Virus record (IMG/VR): IMGVR_UViG_2806311071_000002
Coordinates: 32,001-96,000 of that record
Length of the DNA stretch: 64,000 bases
Reading direction: 5' to 3' (one strand)
DNA from: a virus
Taxonomy: Duplodnaviria > Caudoviricetes
Part shown: one piece after another, positions 38,761 through 48,981 of the stretch
Numbering within the stretch: the stretch's first letter is position 1
How the letters are laid out: each line of letters starts with the position of its first letter
Notes under the pieces: generated by a model
What the model saw: the letters and a program-made list of their open reading frames with translations, nothing else
Database searches by the model: none
What the model was told of the DNA's origin: nothing
Translations under genes and position numbers: made by a program

Positions 38761-39664
38761 TAATATTATTTTTATCCGTGATTTTTCTCATTTCTTTGCA
38801 CCAGGATTCTACATGCCCAATTACAGAATCCAGATTGTTTATTATAATTTGATTGTCACTCATATTCCTTATGGCCTTTGCATATTTTACAGGCGCTAAG
38901 CTACCTTTTAGCACTTTTTCAATCTGCCAAACCATTTCAGAAAGCTCTGAAGTGGCCTCAACTTGTCTCCCTAAATCATCCTGTTCTCTTGTTACGGCCT
39001 TTAATTTGTTTGTTAGCTCCTCATATTCTTTTACTTTCACATCACTCCTTTCAAGTTGTTGTTCTAAGATCATTTTTTGTTTAGATAAGTTTTCATATTT
39101 TTTGTTTTGATACTCTAATTCTTTTTTTAATGTGTCTATTTGCTTGTAGTCAGTGTTATCAATGACTTTTTCAACAACTGTCCTGTTCTTCTTTTCTTGG
39201 CTTAATTCATAACTAAGATTCTTATTATCCTTTTCAGCTTTCCTCAGCTTAGCTTCAAGTTCTTTGTATTCCTTTAATGTCTTAACTTCTCCATTTAAGA
39301 CTGCTTCCTTAGCTTGTTTCTTTGACTCTGTTGATTCTGATGAGGGTTTAGCTATTTCATATGTTAGAGATACAGGTAGGTCTTCTATCAATTCTTTACT
39401 GTGACAATTTGTCACAATTAATTCATACCGTTGTATTAACCTACTAACTGCCTTTCTATTGATTCCTATGGACATGCACCATTCTTCAAAACACCCGTAT
39501 CTATTCTTAGCCAGCATGTCTTGTGCTTCCTTTAGCTCTCTTCCCAGCTCTGTATAAGCTTTACCGACAATCTCACGCATGTTAAATTCTTTTTGTTTAA
39601 GGAAATCAGCAGTTGATTGATCGACTAAATCATATTTGAACTCTGTTGATAACTCGTTTGTCAT
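38747..39664 (-). CDS. DUF3102-like DNA-binding protein
   Basis: ELGRELKEAQ...YGCFEEW motif then coiled coil. Confidence 0.65.
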   Translation of the reverse strand: MTNELSTEFKYDLVDQSTADFLKQKEFNMREIVGKAYTELGRELKEAQDMLAKNRYGCFEEWCMSIGINRKAVSRLIQRYELIVTNCHSKELIEDLPVSLTYEIAKPSSESTESKKQAKEAVLNGEVKTLKEYKELEAKLRKAEKDNKNLSYELSQEKKNRTVVEKVIDNTDYKQIDTLKKELEYQNKKYENLSKQKMILEQQLERSDVKVKEYEELTNKLKAVTREQDDLGRQVEATSELSEMVWQIEKVLKGSLAPVKYAKAIRNMSDNQIIINNLDSVIGHVESWCKEMRKITDKNNIIEVV

Positions 39665-39669
39665 TGTCT

Positions 39670-40572
39670 TTACATCCTTTCCAAGTTGCCGTTCCGATCC
39701 ATTTTTAACTTTATGTTTTTCAAAGGATTGTCCTCTTTTTTCACTTTTATTGATTTGGAACCATCTTCATCATGATCAATCAACTCACTTGCTATAAGCT
39801 CTTGAAGCTTGTCTATTCTCCTCTTCTGGCTTTTAACTTTGTTACTAAGTTTATTGATCTTGTCATCTTTATCAGCTAATAGTTTGTTTGTTCCAGTTTT
39901 CTCATGTTTCAAAGACAAAATTTCGTTTTTAAGATCAAAGATTTCTTTTGTTGAGGTTTCTGTCATGTTTTGCACAGATTGCTGCATATTAAAAATCGGT
40001 GCTAACAATTTCTTTACCTCATGTAGAATTTGTATATTGTTCGACTTCATCATTTCTTTTATCACATTTGTATTTGAAGCAGATTCAACAACTTCTTTTC
40101 TTTCATGAAAAACTGCTGGAACAATTTCTTGTTGATCACCGTCCTCCTGGTCTGTGAGTTCTTTTCTTATCTTAATGGCTGTATCTGAATTTTTAAGGAT
40201 CATTGCCAATCTTAAGGCTGCTCTTTTAGGAACGATATATAGCTTAATGAATTTCCCAGGCATATTATATTTATGCTTAAATCCTTCAAGCTCTAATCCT
40301 TCTAGTTTCTTTAGTCCATCATCAACCAAAACCTCATTATTTCTGTGAATGTATGTAGTTAATGTAGGTACTTTCATTCCGAAATACTCTGACAAAAATT
40401 TTATTGAGGTGTGTTTTTTGTCACCTAGCATCTTTAACTTTTTCACTTTGTCCAAGACGTCAATTCGATCCATGTACTGCTCTCTTTCACTTTCTTTGAT
40501 TAAATATAGATTGGTATTCTTCATGTTATGTATTCTCCTCTTTAATTTATATTTTTTATATTTTCTAATCAC
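39670..40572 (-). CDS. Antirepressor-like DNA-binding protein (probable start 40524, MKNTN)
   Basis: VLDKVK...EYF...RAALRLAMILKNSDTAIKIR; coiled coil. Confidence 0.55.
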   Translation of the reverse strand: MIRKYKKYKLKRRIHNMKNTNLYLIKESEREQYMDRIDVLDKVKKLKMLGDKKHTSIKFLSEYFGMKVPTLTTYIHRNNEVLVDDGLKKLEGLELEGFKHKYNMPGKFIKLYIVPKRAALRLAMILKNSDTAIKIRKELTDQEDGDQQEIVPAVFHERKEVVESASNTNVIKEMMKSNNIQILHEVKKLLAPIFNMQQSVQNMTETSTKEIFDLKNEILSLKHEKTGTNKLLADKDDKINKLSNKVKSQKRRIDKLQELIASELIDHDEDGSKSIKVKKEDNPLKNIKLKMDRNGNLERM

Positions 40573-40848
40573 ATTATATACTGATCACTTTAATAATTCA
40601 ACAATTTATATACATATTTTTTATTTTTATATGATTAAATATAATGCTCATGAGGGGGTTTGGGGGTGGTGTGAGCAAAAATTGTTCAGGTGAGGAACGA
40701 ACCGTTTTGAACAATTATCAGCACCCCCATTCTCTTATTTTATTTATTAAATTATTTACCTCTTTTCTTCTACGAGAGACCCCCTTCAAACCCTTACGTA
40801 TCAAGGGTTTCAAAAACGATTTATTGCTTTTTTTTTCATACGCCTTAT

Positions 40849-42081
40849 TCATATCTTGTTTTCAAGCCAATCTTTTAACAGCTTTCTCATTCTTGATGAA
40901 GGAACATAAATATCGATATTTTGACCATTTCTAATTGCTGATCTCCAAATCCATTGAATCATTTCAGAAAGTGCAAAATTATCTTCGTTAATGTCAACTC
41001 CCTTGGATCTAAAGTAATCATCAATTGCAGGATTGACAAATCTATTTATAGAATAAACTAATGTTTTCTTATGGCTGTATTCGTTTGTTGCCTTGATGTT
41101 ACAGGCTAAAAACCCTTTAGTATAACCTTTACCACTTAGCTTGCTCTTATGTGATTTAAACGTTGTCCATAGATTGTCCTTAGACTTTGATTTAATGATA
41201 TTTTGATAATAATTAAGTATGTTATTCTTTAGTCTTTTATGTAACACTGACCGTTTTTCAAACCACGTTTTTGATAATGCATAATAGTCATCACCGATTT
41301 TATTTAAATCACCTTCATATATTCTAATTTTATTCTTAAGTTTATCCTTCTTTGCTTTATCAAACTGCTTATTATGCTGCATCAATTTGTAGCTGTGATT
41401 GTCTTTAACTACGGCATAAAGTTCATATTCAATTCCATGAATATCATAATAATATTTCTGTATCTGCGCATCAAACAAATATGTAAGGTTGTATACTTGC
41501 TTAAATTGAGTAAAAATGTCGACTGGGAATTGCCAAAAAAGTACGGAATCATTGTGCAGAATTAAGTTATTACTCTTGGCTAACTGCTTAAGCGTTTGGA
41601 ATTCTCCTCTATACTCCCTATTAAGATTCTTTTCTTGATCATCATTCCATATGATTATTCCGTTTTGATTCTTAATCCATTCATTTTGAAACAACATATC
41701 TAAATCATCTTTAGATATATTTAATTTCTTTACTACTTCCATTGTTTCATCAAGTACAAGTGTATAATTCCCCGAATAAATCAATTCTTTAGTTGTTTCA
41801 TTAGCCATACTGAACAAAGCATGAGTTGTCACAATGTCATTGTTATCCGCTAAATGTTTGTGCAATGAGTCCAGTTTATAGAGTGTTTCACCCTCCTCAC
41901 TATGTATTTTCGGTTCGTAAAACTTTCTATTGGTGCATGACCGCTTTATCCTTGTTACCTCGTCAAGATAAGGTGTGATGAAAATGAAGTGTTCATCTTT
42001 CGGTGCCTCATTCATCATTCTAATAATGTATGTTGTTTTACCAGATCCCATAATGGAATCAATCACTTTAATCTTTTTCAA
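40849..42081 (-). CDS. yonV: YonV-like SF2 helicase-related protein
   Basis: DSIMGSGKT, LDE, QWIWRSAIR; 410 aa. Confidence 0.75.
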   Translation of the reverse strand: MKKIKVIDSIMGSGKTTYIIRMMNEAPKDEHFIFITPYLDEVTRIKRSCTNRKFYEPKIHSEEGETLYKLDSLHKHLADNNDIVTTHALFSMANETTKELIYSGNYTLVLDETMEVVKKLNISKDDLDMLFQNEWIKNQNGIIIWNDDQEKNLNREYRGEFQTLKQLAKSNNLILHNDSVLFWQFPVDIFTQFKQVYNLTYLFDAQIQKYYYDIHGIEYELYAVVKDNHSYKLMQHNKQFDKAKKDKLKNKIRIYEGDLNKIGDDYYALSKTWFEKRSVLHKRLKNNILNYYQNIIKSKSKDNLWTTFKSHKSKLSGKGYTKGFLACNIKATNEYSHKKTLVYSINRFVNPAIDDYFRSKGVDINEDNFALSEMIQWIWRSAIRNGQNIDIYVPSSRMRKLLKDWLENKI

Positions 42082-42335
42082 ATTTTATCCCCTTATATTT
42101 TCTTTTTAAAAAAGGAACGATAAACATTTTACCGCTCCTTCTCATACCTTAAATTCAATAGTTAGTTCTCTCTTCAAGATCATTAAAGTATCCTTCCCGC
42201 CTAGAAAATGAATCATTATTGCACTGTTGATCACTTGTTTATAATGGCAACATAGATGCAATTTCTCCAGGTTCATTTGTGACAGTCCATTTATTTGTCC
42301 CGCTCATCTCAAATAAGCACCATATAGTGTGATGA

Positions 42336-42554
42336 TTAGTTAGACTTGTCTACATTCTTTCCGCGTAAAGCAAAGTAAATGATCCATAACAAAACGATGA
42401 TAACACATGTTACTATAAAGACAATCGTAATAAGCGACTGTATTCCGCTGCTGAAGTAATCTTTGATGAAGAGGAACAATAAGAATAAAATAACAAATGT
42501 AATGTTCGTAAACCACAATGAGAATCGTTTCATGTTTACAAAGTGCTTGATCAT
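42336..42554 (-). CDS. yoyJ: YoyJ-like membrane toxin
   Basis: Two TM segments; downstream of yonT. Confidence 0.65.
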   Translation of the reverse strand: MIKHFVNMKRFSLWFTNITFVILFLLFLFIKDYFSSGIQSLITIVFIVTCVIIVLLWIIYFALRGKNVDKSN

Positions 42555-42568
42555 GTTATAATATGGGT

Positions 42569-42670
42569 AGCAACTAAAGGGGAAATTAATCCCCTTTAGA
42601 GATGTTATTTGCGTGTACGTTTGCGTTGTCTCTTTGGTCGGAGACGCTTGCGTATACGCTTTATTTTTTT
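42569..42670 (+). ncRNA. SR6-like antisense antitoxin RNA
   Basis: Promoter TTTACA-16-(TG)TATAAT at 42535-42562; hairpin CTAAAGGGG/CCCCTTTAG; terminator GCGTGTACG/CGTATACGC plus T-run, overlapping the yonT 3' end. Confidence 0.7.
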
Positions 42671-42805
42671 GTCTATCTCTTTCGCCTTTTTGCTTTTCTT
42701 ATTCTTCTTTATGTTTTGGAATTTCTCAACTATCGTCAAACAGTTGATGATTAAAACCGTTATAGGAATAAGAAAAGCAATTGCTATACCCACTTTCTCA
42801 AGCAC
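42605..42805 (-). CDS. yonT: YonT-like type I toxin
   Basis: MLEKVGI..TM..basic tail KRIRKRLRPKRQR. Confidence 0.85.
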   Translation of the reverse strand: MLEKVGIAIAFLIPITVLIINCLTIVEKFQNIKKNKKSKKAKEIDKKIKRIRKRLRPKRQRKRTRK

Positions 42806-43768
42806 TTATGTACACCTCCTTTCCCTATGTATCTATTATAACATTTTCCATACTAAATGTATACAATTATTATACTTATTTTTTATTTTTGTATCGTATT
42901 AGTGAATAGCGTATTGTCCATTATAATTGCGTATATGAGGATGTGGAGTTAAGTAGACTTATGGTATTAGATTGGAGATAAGAAGGCTTAGAAAGGCATT
43001 AGAAAGCTTCTGGAGGGATACTGTGAGTAATAATGTGAAAAAGTTAGGAATGATATAGGATGATGTGCTGAATGGATATGTGAAAGAGGAAACAGGATGA
43101 AGGAAGACTATGAATGTGATTAATGCGGAGAATTGGAATGCGTAATATGATGAAGAATAAAAAAATAAGACTTCGATTTGCTTCCTCTCGTTATACCCAC
43201 GATTATTTTTGATGAATGGTCATTCATATTTAAAGTACGCCCTTATTTAATTTTTGAAAATAAATCTTGTTTTTCGTTTGTAATCGTGGTAAAGCCTCAG
43301 TTTAATGGCTGAAATCATCAAATGCAGGTATAACGGATATTATATGTGCATTACATTACCAGTATATGGGGGTGTATTAACATCTAAAGGCCAAAAAACA
43401 GGAACAAATGTACCCCTAGCACTTCCATTTCCACACCCAACTTATTTTTTCACTTTCCCATTTTTCACCCTATTTTTACATCGTAATCGCTATCGTAAAA
43501 GCCTATAATATCAATGTTTTTCCACCCCTCATTCTTCCCTTTTTCATCAGATTTTTAACTGAACGACATCTTTCCCTCTCTCCTGCCTACGTTTTACGAT
43601 CACAAAACACCTATTGTCCCCTTTGACAGCCCTAAAACATTGCTATTTCAACTAATTACCCCTTTCCGATCTTCATTTACGATAAGCACTTTTTCAGCTC
43701 ACGATCACCAGGGGGTCATTAAAAATCAAAATAAAAAAGCCACCTTAGTAGGCAGCTTCCCTTTAAAA

Positions 43769-44880
43769 TTAGCGCTTTAGTCTCTTCAGTGCCTCCATAT
43801 ACGAGGTCTTTTTCGATTCCTTGCTCTCCAGTTTCTTCGGTTTAAATAAATCCTCTCTACGTCGATTTCTAGCTTTATAAACAATTGTTTCTTTCATCTC
43901 AGTGTTCCCTGTTTCAATTAGATCGTCTAACTGCTTCATCCGTTCATTGATCCAGGTTAATCCACTAAGAATGGTTATCGCCCTATTCCCCTTTTCATAA
44001 TGCCCCTTAAATAAGTCTAAAGGCATTTTGTTATCAAAGACATTAAACAGCTCATTATACGAAATATGCTCCATTAAGAACTCATGAACATCCAGAATAA
44101 CTCCTGCTCTCATCACATTTTTAAACTCAACTGGAGTGAATATCGAATTGTTCCATGATTTCTGTATGTCTTCATGCAGCTTATCAAAATACTTGCCCTC
44201 ATTTGTAAATTCAGTGAGGTCTGTTTGAGCAATAGTCATGATTCCTGGTGTATCAAAAAGCTGATTTAAATCCTTCCTGTCTAATGTACTGATCTTTGAT
44301 CCTCTGTCCGTGTAATTGAGTAAGACTTCAATTAAATCAAGGAACATCTTGTTTGTTTCCTTGTATAGTCTACTCTCAGAAATCTTCCCTTCATATTTAC
44401 TCAAAACCATTTGATTATCCAAAGGTAAAACACATGTCTCTGGCATAGATAAGTCATCAAGTAACTCCAGTGAATTCATCTGGTTAACCATACTTCATTG
44501 TTGTCAGGAAGGATTGGTACAGCAACTATTGTTTTATGAGTGAGACATTCGTTTAACAATTCTAATAATATAGGAGCTACCCCTGAACCAGTTCCACCAG
44601 CTGCAGAGAAAACAACAAAAATGACTTGAACTGAAGGCTTTTCCATTGTGTTCTTTATAAACTCAATAGAAGATTCCCAGTTGTTTTTCATATGTTTCGC
44701 TGCTACACTTCTTTCTTTGCCAACTCCTTCTGTTCCAACCAGATGAAGCTTATCCTGGACATTAACCAATGAATTAAGGTCTGAAAGTGAATAATTTATT
44801 GCAACAGAATGAAATCCTCTCTTCATTGCTTCATCTGCAACACTTCCACCGGCCTGACCTACTCCAATAAATCCAAACAT
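43769..44880 (-). pseudogene. tubZ: TubZ/FtsZ-like GTPase split by a 1-nt deletion near 44490
   Basis: GVGQAGG, AGGTGSG, ILP, LPLDN, LDRKD; restoring one base joins ORFs 44476-44880 and 43769-44491. Confidence 0.8.
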
Positions 44881-45269
44881 TAAACCCTCTCCCCTTCTAA
44901 TTGATATCTCAAAGCTTCGTATCCGTAATCAGTTAACATTACTTTGTGGGATCTAGCCCCAGCCACAATTTTTATAAACATAAGAGCTTCAAGCCGATAT
45001 AATGACTTTCTTAAAGCTGCTTCTGTCAAAGGCGTACCTGCTTCAATAGCTATATCTTTGATTTCAATTTTGGAAATTGCTTTAACTTTAATGTCTGCTC
45101 CCCTTTCCGAAAGAAAAGTCAAAATTGACAAGTCATCAAAATTTAGGTTTGAAGTTATCAACTCAAAATAATTCCCCAAAATTACTCCCTCCACAAAATG
45201 ATCAGGCTTGATATTTCTGGATAAAAGATTACCCAATATGATAATATCCGAAGTAATCATTTTCTGCAA
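44880..45269 (-). CDS. TubR-like winged-helix DNA-binding protein (probable TTG start ~45179)
   Basis: wHTH pattern LTEAALRKSLYRLE...LTDYG; coupled to tubZ. Confidence 0.55.
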   Translation of the reverse strand: MQKMITSDIIILGNLLSRNIKPDHFVEGVILGNYFELITSNLNFDDLSILTFLSERGADIKVKAISKIEIKDIAIEAGTPLTEAALRKSLYRLEALMFIKIVAGARSHKVMLTDYGYEALRYQLEGERV

Positions 45270-45333
45270 CTATTGTAATCATTAATGCTTACAAAAAGAA
45301 CATTACATTTAAAAAATCAATAACTCGATTGAG

Positions 45334-45612
45334 ATGAAGGTATTAGTGTTGTATCTTTTAAATAAGAAAGGATGGTTATTATTGAAATACAAAATAAAAA
45401 CCAATTTAGAACCTTATTTAAAAGAACGAGGTATTCAAAAAGTTTGGCTTGCAGAAAAAACCGGTGTAACAAAACAGCAGATTTCTAGATGGTCTAAAAA
45501 TGATGAGAGTGGTTTCTGTAAGTATACCCCTTCACTTTCATATGCTCTTGTCATTTCAAAAGTCTTGGATTGCGACATCAAAGAAATTTTTGAACTTATT
45601 GAGCTGAAGTAA
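45334..45612 (+). CDS. Xre HTH regulator
   Basis: WLAEKTGVTKQQISRW...ISKVLDCDIKEIF. Confidence 0.75.
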   Translation: MKVLVLYLLNKKGWLLLKYKIKTNLEPYLKERGIQKVWLAEKTGVTKQQISRWSKNDESGFCKYTPSLSYALVISKVLDCDIKEIFELIELK

Positions 45613-45632
45613 TTTTTCGGCTCAGAAAACCA

Positions 45633-45661
45633 TAGACAAAAATAAAATATAAGTATATAAT
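45633..45661 (+). promoter_or_regulatory. SigA promoter of yonP-yonO with SPBRE-like element in the spacer
   Basis: TAGACA-AAAATAAAATATAAGTA-TATAAT. Confidence 0.75.
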
Positions 45662-45686
45662 ATAAACAAGAACAAGGAGGTGTGAT

Positions 45687-45866
45687 ATGCGGAAAACATA
45701 CATGACTACTCACGTAATTGAATTTCTAGAATCAATTGTGCAAAATGATTGGGCTACACAAAGCGAATGTGAGCTTTATGAGGACTTCAAACTCTTCGGT
45801 ACTATTGATAAAGAATCGATTACATATAAAAGACTGGTTTATAAATATTTAAGGAGTGATTATTAA
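45687..45866 (+). CDS. yonP: YonP-like small protein (59 aa)
   Basis: Manual translation MRKTYMTTHVIEFLES...; GGAGG RBS. Confidence 0.6.
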   Translation: MRKTYMTTHVIEFLESIVQNDWATQSECELYEDFKLFGTIDKESITYKRLVYKYLRSDY

Positions 45867-45907
45867 TATTAAAAAATAAAATATAAGTATTAAATGGAGG
45901 GGATTGA

Positions 45908-48427
45908 TTGAAAAGAAAAAAAGATGGATTGTCTAAGCAAGTTCACATATACAGCGTAGACACATCAGCATTTTATAATGACAAAGAAAATTCATTACAT
46001 AATAAGATTTTGAAGTCTTATAGATACAGAGATTATCTTAAAACATTAGACAATGTAAATAATAAACATAAGAAATACATATCACATAGAATTACATACC
46101 TTAAAGAGTGCCTCTATTCTGCATTCGAAGAACATAATGACATAAGAACACTTCGAACTGACAGTTTAAGGGATAATAAAGTAATTTCTTTATTTGATTC
46201 AGTGTTGACCCGTACATTAGGGATTAAAGAAAATACCCTTTCAGAGGAAATCATGGTTGTACAAACTTATCATTTTGAAGTATTGAAAGACATTATTGAC
46301 AAAGGATTTTTACATAACAATGAGAAATACGTTTATTTCACAAGCAGTGCCGGTCAAATTCGCACAAAGAAGTCATGTTTCATAAAAAAAAGCACTTACG
46401 ATAAGTATCAGGATGCTTTGACCTGTGGCTTGAGAATTGAAAAGATTAATTCCCTTGGTGGGAGCAGCATTAACAAATGGAATAGCTATATGGCCTTATC
46501 TAACAGCGCCAGTAGCCCTTGGGAGATCGATATTGATAAAGCAATTGTTGTTAACGACCTAGAAACGGATGTATCAAGCCTTGTTGACTATATTGACCGA
46601 GACACCTACGAAATCACACGAAAAACAATGAACATTCCCATTGAGCATACAGATGGCTGCGGAATGATACTCCCCACTCTAAGTCGTAAAAGCTTCATGG
46701 TAAGGCTCCCGTGGGTAAAGGGTTTATTAGTCCCTTTTGATTTTCGTAAATTTGCTGAGGAAAACAAAGCTTTTAAAGTAACTGATATATACGGCAAGGA
46801 ATGGGACGTAGTGAAAGATGATGTTCAAATTATCTTCACTAAAAGCCAGTTTAAAATGTGGAAGTATTATTCATCGTGGGAAGAATATCAAGATAATTAT
46901 AAAAAATATGGATGCTTAGGGGCAAAACTCAACGAAGAAGACCCTTCTGTTGAAGGTAAGCTCACTTATCAAATGCTCCAGACACTTACAGATATCTCCG
47001 ATGAAGAATTAATTCAAATGAGCTCAAAGACTGTAAAAGAGATTACCACATTGGGAACTGACAAAGAAACCATGTTAAGAGTTCTTGGAGCTACGGAGAA
47101 AAAGAAACATCGGACAACTCTTCAGGACGCTTTACTTCTATATCCAGAACTTCTTAACGATGATCACACGAAAGAAATTATTAAAAATAAAAAGAAAAGC
47201 ATGATTAAAGATGCCAAATCAGGAAAATTGCTTGTTGATGGTGCTCGTTATACATACTTATGCCCTGATCTATATGCTTTCTGCGAAAAATTATTTCTGA
47301 ATATCCAGAATCCAAAAGGAATGCTTTCAGGAAGTGATGTCCATTGTTCTTTATATGATGAAGGGTATATTGACATCCTCCGCTCCCCTCACCTATTCAG
47401 AGAGCATGGTGTTAGGTGGAACAAAAAAGATGAGAAATATGAAAAGTGGTTCATTACCCCAGGTGTTTACACAAGCATTCATGATCCGATATCTAAGTTG
47501 CTGCAGTTTGATAATGACGGGGATAAGGCCTTAATTATTTCTGATGAGTTAATCGTCAATATTGCCAAGCGTAATATGGAGAACATCGTTCCTTTGTATT
47601 ATGAAATGTCAGTAGCCCAGAAACAAGAGATTAATAGCAGGAACATCTATGAAGCACTAACCCTTGCTTACGGAATCAATATCGGGGAGTACAGTAACAA
47701 CATCACTAAGATATGGAACAGTGACAATATAAACCTGGACGTGATCAAATGGTTATGCATGGAAAATAACTTTACTATTGATTTTGCAAAAACCTTGTTC
47801 ATGCCTACCCGTCCTGATCATGTTGATGAAAAAATCAAAGATTACATAAAAAATAAAGTCCCCCACTTCTTCATCAACGCAAAGGATAAAGAAGAACATA
47901 GCGTTGAGTTTATTAATGAAAGCACAGTAAATAAGTTAGACTGCATTATCCCTTCTGACCGAATTAATTTCGCAGCTGTTGCAGGAAAGTTCGATTATCG
48001 CTTCCTACTCAAGAACAAGGATATTAAATTGGACGATGCAATTATTCGTGAATATAAACGATTAGACCAGAACAAGAAATGGCTCATGAATGATGAGGAC
48101 ATTAAGCCTGGACAAAAACTTTATGTTTATAAGGTTATCAAAGACAGATTGTTGAAAATCCATAATGACGAGCAATATGTTGCTGATGTTTTAGCAAAGT
48201 ACCTATATAAAAAGAAAAGCAAATTTAAATCAACATTATGGGAGTGCTTTGGTGAGATTCTATTAAATAACTTAGCAATAAACTTAAAGAACAGGAAGGT
48301 ATGTTTAAGCTGCTTGAAACCTATAAGCAATAAAGGAAACAAGAAAAAATACTGTACAAAATGTTTAAATGAACGAGAAAAGATAAGAAAAAGAGAATGG
48401 AAGAGAAAACAACTGGTAGCGAAATAG
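45908..48427 (+). CDS. yonO: Single-subunit two-barrel RNA polymerase
   Basis: RSPH, catalytic FDNDGD, TDGCG, C-terminal CxxC..CxxC; 839 aa. Confidence 0.93.
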   Translation: MKRKKDGLSKQVHIYSVDTSAFYNDKENSLHNKILKSYRYRDYLKTLDNVNNKHKKYISHRITYLKECLYSAFEEHNDIRTLRTDSLRDNKVISLFDSVLTRTLGIKENTLSEEIMVVQTYHFEVLKDIIDKGFLHNNEKYVYFTSSAGQIRTKKSCFIKKSTYDKYQDALTCGLRIEKINSLGGSSINKWNSYMALSNSASSPWEIDIDKAIVVNDLETDVSSLVDYIDRDTYEITRKTMNIPIEHTDGCGMILPTLSRKSFMVRLPWVKGLLVPFDFRKFAEENKAFKVTDIYGKEWDVVKDDVQIIFTKSQFKMWKYYSSWEEYQDNYKKYGCLGAKLNEEDPSVEGKLTYQMLQTLTDISDEELIQMSSKTVKEITTLGTDKETMLRVLGATEKKKHRTTLQDALLLYPELLNDDHTKEIIKNKKKSMIKDAKSGKLLVDGARYTYLCPDLYAFCEKLFLNIQNPKGMLSGSDVHCSLYDEGYIDILRSPHLFREHGVRWNKKDEKYEKWFITPGVYTSIHDPISKLLQFDNDGDKALIISDELIVNIAKRNMENIVPLYYEMSVAQKQEINSRNIYEALTLAYGINIGEYSNNITKIWNSDNINLDVIKWLCMENNFTIDFAKTLFMPTRPDHVDEKIKDYIKNKVPHFFINAKDKEEHSVEFINESTVNKLDCIIPSDRINFAAVAGKFDYRFLLKNKDIKLDDAIIREYKRLDQNKKWLMNDEDIKPGQKLYVYKVIKDRLLKIHNDEQYVADVLAKYLYKKKSKFKSTLWECFGEILLNNLAINLKNRKVCLSCLKPISNKGNKKKYCTKCLNEREKIRKREWKRKQLVAK

Positions 48428-48679
48428 AAAGTGCCCTGAGCCTTACTCCCCCAAGGGGTACAGCGATTTTACCAGAAAAAGTTTAACGAAAAAAGCGCCT
48501 TGAACCCTTGATATGACTGGTCTGAAAGCCCCTTTTGAGATAATCGCCATAAGGGAGAAAGAAAGCTAATTTCCACATATAAGGGTGAGTACGTCTCCCG
48601 TTTTTCAAAAGAAGCACAAACGTTACCGTAATTTTACTTTAACACAAAAATAAACAATATCACTAGGAGGAATTAAAAC

Positions 48680-48955
48680 ATGAACAAAACAGAATTTGTT
48701 GGAGAAGTTGCAGAAAAATTAGGAGTTACTAAGAAAGAAGCTGCACCTAAAGTGGAAGCAGTATTTAATGTCATCATTGAAGCACTAACAAAAGGTGAAT
48801 CAATCAAGATTCCAGGAGTTGGAACGTTTGAAGTTCGTGAACGTGCAGCTCGTAAAGGGAGAAATCCGCAATCGGGTGAGGAAATTGATATTCCAGCTAC
48901 AAAGGCACCTGCCTTCAAGGCTGCTAAAGCACTAAAAGACGCAGTGAAAGCTTAA
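48680..48955 (+). CDS. yonN: HU-like DNA-binding protein
   Basis: MNKTE...GTFEVRERAARKGRNPQSGEEIDIPA. Confidence 0.95.
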   Translation: MNKTEFVGEVAEKLGVTKKEAAPKVEAVFNVIIEALTKGESIKIPGVGTFEVRERAARKGRNPQSGEEIDIPATKAPAFKAAKALKDAVKA

Positions 48956-48981
48956 TGTAGCATCTTCCTCCCTTTTCCCTA

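Noticed and set aside
43305-43508. 67-aa ORF in the skewed non-coding region
   Set aside because: No RBS; composition reflects the pyrimidine tracts
44476-44500. Programmed frameshift in tubZ
   Set aside because: No slippery heptamer or stimulatory structure; a simple 1-nt loss is more parsimonious
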